Part shown: positions 61,162 through 64,000 of the stretch, piece after piece
Position numbering within the stretch: the first letter of the stretch is position 1
How the letters are laid out: each line of letters begins with the position of its first letter
Position numbers and translations under genes: made by a program
From: a virus
DNA length: 64,000 nt
Virus record (IMG/VR): IMGVR_UViG_3300046694_000299
Coordinates: 1-64,000 of that record
Direction: 5' to 3' (one strand)
Notes under the pieces: model-generated
What the model saw: only the letters and a program-made list of their open reading frames with translations
The model's database searches: none
What the model was told of the DNA's origin: nothing

Positions 61162-61338
61162 TCAGCCCTCCTTGCTGGTGGCCGGCTGGGCGGCCTTCTT
61201 GGTGGCCGGGGCGGGTGCCGCGGCCTGCTCGGTGTGGTCGACGAGGACGAGGCCCTGACGCATCAGGTCGGTGTACTCGGCGTCGTCGACCTCGATGGGC
61301 TTGTCGGGCTGCATGGTCGTAGCGATGGTGTGGGTCAC
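61162..61338 (-). CDS. 58-aa hypothetical protein (GTG start)
   Basis: VTHTIATTMQPDKPIEVDDAEY... GTGA overlap. Confidence 0.4.
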   Translation of the reverse strand: MTHTIATTMQPDKPIEVDDAEYTDLMRQGLVLVDHTEQAAAPAPATKKAAQPATSKEG

Positions 61339-61559
61339 CGGAACTGCTCCTTGGTCAATGGCCACGTCACGGAGACGAAATTTGGGTGGAAGCGGATCTC
61401 GATGGTCTGCTCGGGCGGAATGTCCCGGGGGCAGTCGATGACGCGGACATCTCCGGTGACCAGGAACTCCATCTCGGCCCGGTCGCCGTGGACGAGCACC
61501 TTGCCGTTCCACGTCAGGAGGTCCCGGCTGAGGGCGCCTTGAAGGGCGTAGCGGCTCAT
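61335..61559 (-). CDS. Hypothetical protein
   Basis: Start re-placed to MSRYALQGALSRD. Confidence 0.45.
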   Translation of the reverse strand: MSRYALQGALSRDLLTWNGKVLVHGDRAEMEFLVTGDVRVIDCPRDIPPEQTIEIRFHPNFVSVTWPLTKEQFR

Positions 61560-62005
61560 GACAGCACCTCCACCCAGGCGATGACCAGGCCGGGGATGCT
61601 GTAGCGGGCATACGAGGACGGGTCGTCGGGGATGCGGCGCGGGTCTCCGGTGCAGTACGCAGACCGCACCTGCACCGCGGGGTATCCGGCGGGCAGGGTG
61701 ACGGTCTGCGGGATGCCGCGGTGGTCCCAGCAGGCAGCCTGAATGGCCTGCGCCAAAGTCGACGCCTTGTTCCACGGCGGCTTCTGCGAGCTGGGGTTGA
61801 CGGCCCAGCAGTCGACGGACATGACGGGCTCGCGCAGCGGGACGTACAGGTTCGGGCTGCCGCCGACGGTGTCGATCGTGCAGAACCCAGACGCCGCCCA
61901 CGTCGCATTGTCTTTGGGGAGGGTCATGGCGACGCGGTCGCCGACGACGGTCTTCAGCCAGGCGATCGTGACGAGTTCGGCGTTGGCGCGCAGCAGGAGG
62001 CTCAT
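61556..62005 (-). CDS. Tail terminator / neck protein
   Basis: 149 aa. Call is from synteny. Confidence 0.5.
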   Translation of the reverse strand: MSLLLRANAELVTIAWLKTVVGDRVAMTLPKDNATWAASGFCTIDTVGGSPNLYVPLREPVMSVDCWAVNPSSQKPPWNKASTLAQAIQAACWDHRGIPQTVTLPAGYPAVQVRSAYCTGDPRRIPDDPSSYARYSIPGLVIAWVEVLS

Positions 62006-62373
62006 GCGGTCCTCCGCTGGAAAAGTGCCGGACGGAGGTACGGGAATGGCGGGGTGCCGGGGTGGTTGACCTTGGCGACGGGGTGGTCGGCGCCGGGCCA
62101 GTACAAGGCCTTCTTGTTCGTCGGCCTGATGACGTGGGCGCTGGTGCCCATCTCGACGTCCGTGGCGTAGTTGCAGTCCAGGGAGCCGACTCGAAGCACC
62201 TTGTCGTGGACCTCGGCGCGCAGCGAGTCACGGAGCCGTCCGGTGCGCTTGTGCACGTAGTTCTGGGCGTCGCCGAGGATGGCGCGGCCAATGCCCTCGT
62301 CGAGCCACCGGTTGATGGCGGCGTCGACGTGCGTGCGTGCGGACGGGTCGATCCGCATGCTGGATCGTGCCAT
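62002..62373 (-). CDS. HK97 gp10-like head-tail joining protein
   Basis: RTGRLRDS...YATDVEMGTSAH...PYLRPAL. Confidence 0.65.
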   Translation of the reverse strand: MARSSMRIDPSARTHVDAAINRWLDEGIGRAILGDAQNYVHKRTGRLRDSLRAEVHDKVLRVGSLDCNYATDVEMGTSAHVIRPTNKKALYWPGADHPVAKVNHPGTPPFPYLRPALFQRRTA

Positions 62374-62445
62374 GGCCGCCCTCCTCTCCGGTGGGTGGTC
62401 TCGTGCCGGCCTGCCCGGTCTCCCCGGGCGTGTGGCCGTGTTCGG

Positions 62446-62778
62446 TTAGGTGGTGCGCCGCAGGTCGAGCCGTAGGTCTGCGGTGAGTGCTGGGTTGGCC
62501 ATCGAGGAGACGGCGTCGACGATGTACACGGCGCCGGTGCGCTCGTCACGGATGCGGTCCTGGTCGGTGACGTCCGTGCCAGCGGCCACGCGGGCGACGG
62601 CGTAGCGGACGATGCGCGGGGTCGGGTCGTCGCGGGTCGTGACCCGGCGGGACTGCTCGGTCAGGCTCGCCGGAATCCCTGTGTAGATGGGGGTGTCGGT
62701 GTCCTGCTCGTCACCCCACGCGTCGGTGGTGGTGCCGCGCAGGATGGCGATGCTGGTGGTGGCGATCGCGACGGGCAT
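62446..62778 (-). CDS. Head-closure / adaptor protein
   Basis: Start re-placed to MPVAIATTSIAILRG. Call is from synteny. Confidence 0.5.
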   Translation of the reverse strand: MPVAIATTSIAILRGTTTDAWGDEQDTDTPIYTGIPASLTEQSRRVTTRDDPTPRIVRYAVARVAAGTDVTDQDRIRDERTGAVYIVDAVSSMANPALTADLRLDLRRTT

Positions 62779-63224
62779 CACGCACCACCCCGGTACGGCG
62801 CCCAGTACAGGTGATCGTCGGAGCCGTCCGTGAGAGCATCCCCGACGATCGGGCCAGCACCCTCGACCGCGGACCGGATGTGCACAGTCCTGGACCGCAT
62901 CCACGACACCCGCTTCAGAGAGCGGGCCGCCATGGGTGCGAGGACCAGACCGTCGCCCTGCAATGTGGTCGAGACCTGGTCTTGCTGGATCTGCGTGGCA
63001 TCCAGCCGCGTCTCCAGCCCGAACTGGCCCGCGATCCACGCTGCTTGATGGGCGACGGCCTGGCCCAGCCAGTAGAGGTCCCGTGTCCGCATGCGCGCCT
63101 CGTCGCCGAAGATGCGATTGCTGAAGACCTCCACAGCTTTCTGCGCCTGGACAAGCTGCTGGTCCGTCACCGTGACTCCCGTGGAGTCGGTGACGTCCTG
63201 CGCGGTCGCCCAGGCGTTGACCAT
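62778..63224 (-). CDS. Head-tail connector protein
   Basis: Start re-placed to MVNAWATAQDVTD. Call is from synteny. Confidence 0.5.
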   Translation of the reverse strand: MVNAWATAQDVTDSTGVTVTDQQLVQAQKAVEVFSNRIFGDEARMRTRDLYWLGQAVAHQAAWIAGQFGLETRLDATQIQQDQVSTTLQGDGLVLAPMAARSLKRVSWMRSRTVHIRSAVEGAGPIVGDALTDGSDDHLYWAPYRGGA

Positions 63225-63225
63225 G

Positions 63226-63615
63226 TCAGGCCTCGCCCTCGATAACGTTGCGGGGCGTGATGGTGTCCTCGGGGTGGTGGTCGACCGACGCCGGCACGGT
63301 GTCCACCGAGTAGGTGAGGACGAGGGAGACACCGTCGGGGTGACCCTCCTGGCCGTCGAAGGCGACATCGCCGCGCGGGTGGAGGCCGCGCTGGATCGCC
63401 TCGCCGACGAGGGCTGACCGGTTCGCCTCGTGCTGGTAGTCCTCACCGGTCCAGCGGGCGGCCAGCACAACGAAATCCCTGACGTACCGGGTGCCGTCGG
63501 CGTCGCGAGCGGACCGCTTGGCGACCTCAACCTCGGGCTCGCCCGCCTTCGCGGGGAACTGCTTGGCGCGGGCCTTCGCCTCACTGGCGGCGGTCTTCTT
63601 CGCTGCTGCTGCCAT
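63226..63615 (-). CDS. Hypothetical head-module protein
   Basis: 129-aa ORF. Confidence 0.5.
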   Translation of the reverse strand: MAAAAKKTAASEAKARAKQFPAKAGEPEVEVAKRSARDADGTRYVRDFVVLAARWTGEDYQHEANRSALVGEAIQRGLHPRGDVAFDGQEGHPDGVSLVLTYSVDTVPASVDHHPEDTITPRNVIEGEA

Positions 63616-63682
63616 GGCTCACCTCCTACCGGTGGCCCGTACCGCCCAGCCATGGAAGCGGTACGGGGTCACTGGGGGATGG

Positions 63683-64000
63683 TCAGCCGACGAGGATGGA
63701 CGCGCCGTTGGGGTGGCCGTATGCCCAGCCGCGGCGGGCGCGCATCTTCAGGATCGACTCGTCGGTCAGCGCGCTGAGGCCGTCGCGTCCGTCGATGAAC
63801 ACCGACTCGGGGCCGGAGCGGACGCCGAGGAGCATCAGCTCCGGGTTGACGAACGCCATGAGGGCGCGGCCAGCCGGGGTCGGCGTGGCGGTCGCGTTGA
63901 GCTTCGCGCCGAGGCTCCAGCGGATCGGGATGCTGAAGACGGTGTCGGGGGTGGACTGGCCACCCTCGGAGAAGATGGGGCGCTGCTGGCCGTCGACGAC
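63683..64000 (-). CDS. Major capsid protein, C-terminal 105 aa (5' end outside the window)
   Basis: My translation: ...VFIDGRDGLSALTDESILKMRARRGWAYGHPNGASILVG, then stop. HK97-fold-like C-terminus. Confidence 0.6.
   Translation of the reverse strand, partial: VVDGQQRPIFSEGGQSTPDTVFSIPIRWSLGAKLNATATPTPAGRALMAFVNPELMLLGVRSGPESVFIDGRDGLSALTDESILKMRARRGWAYGHPNGASILVG

Larger units (their letters stand above)
1..64000. mobile_element. Temperate siphovirus-like phage/prophage (possibly two juxtaposed elements) of a high-GC actinomycete; neither end is visible in the window
   Basis: Virion, lysis, integration, immunity, recombination and replication modules are all present. No obvious housekeeping genes, rRNA or tRNA seen. 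Confidence 0.8.

Overview
This window is high-GC DNA (roughly 68-70% by eye) of actinomycete, Streptomyces-like character. Supporting signs are a WhiB-type gene, a TraB/FtsK-type gene, pervasive GTGA/ATGA stop-start overlaps and GTG starts. Essentially all of it is temperate-phage or prophage sequence.

Layout in plus-strand coordinates:
- 1-8.4 kb: minus-strand genes ending in an FtsK/SpoIIIE (TraB-like) translocase with polytopic membrane proteins and a 7-copy 10-bp repeat array.
- 8.6-11 kb: a plus-strand island with an HTH-Nudix plus Nudix gene pair.
- 11.3-30.4 kb: one long, translationally coupled minus-strand early array. It carries an excisionase-like gene, a T5orf172-like gene, a Sak4-like ATPase, a PD-(D/E)XK exonuclease, a WhiB-HTH gene, HNH nucleases, a replication initiator with internal iteron-like repeats, a DnaB-like helicase and a C5 DNA methyltransferase.
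- 30.4-33.3 kb: divergent XRE regulators, an internally duplicated protein and a tyrosine integrase, followed by about 420 bp of att-like non-coding DNA.
- 33.7-38.6 kb: an accessory module with XRE and GntR regulators, endonuclease VII, a LexA DNA-binding-domain-only protein and a second, Cre-like tyrosine recombinase.
- 38.8-42.1 kb: a lysis cassette.
- 42.3-48.7 kb: a plus-strand sugar-modification island with 2 SDR epimerases and 2-3 glycosyltransferases, interrupted by an HNH-AP2 gene.
- 48.8-64 kb: minus-strand virion genes, namely fibres, minor tail proteins, tape measure, G/GT chaperones with a -1 slippery site, major tail, connectors and the 3' end of the major capsid gene.

The observations I rank highest are:
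- the TraB-like module with a clt-like repeat array inside a phage;
- the methyltransferase whose central LLPTP-repeat region is in a different frame from its catalytic termini;
- the Nudix regulator/enzyme pair;
- the glycosylation island;
- the lysogeny-side duplicated protein;
- the LexA-DBD-only gene.

All functional calls come from motifs read by eye. No database search was run. Many starts were re-placed from the ORF track using stop-start overlaps and RBS-like purine runs.
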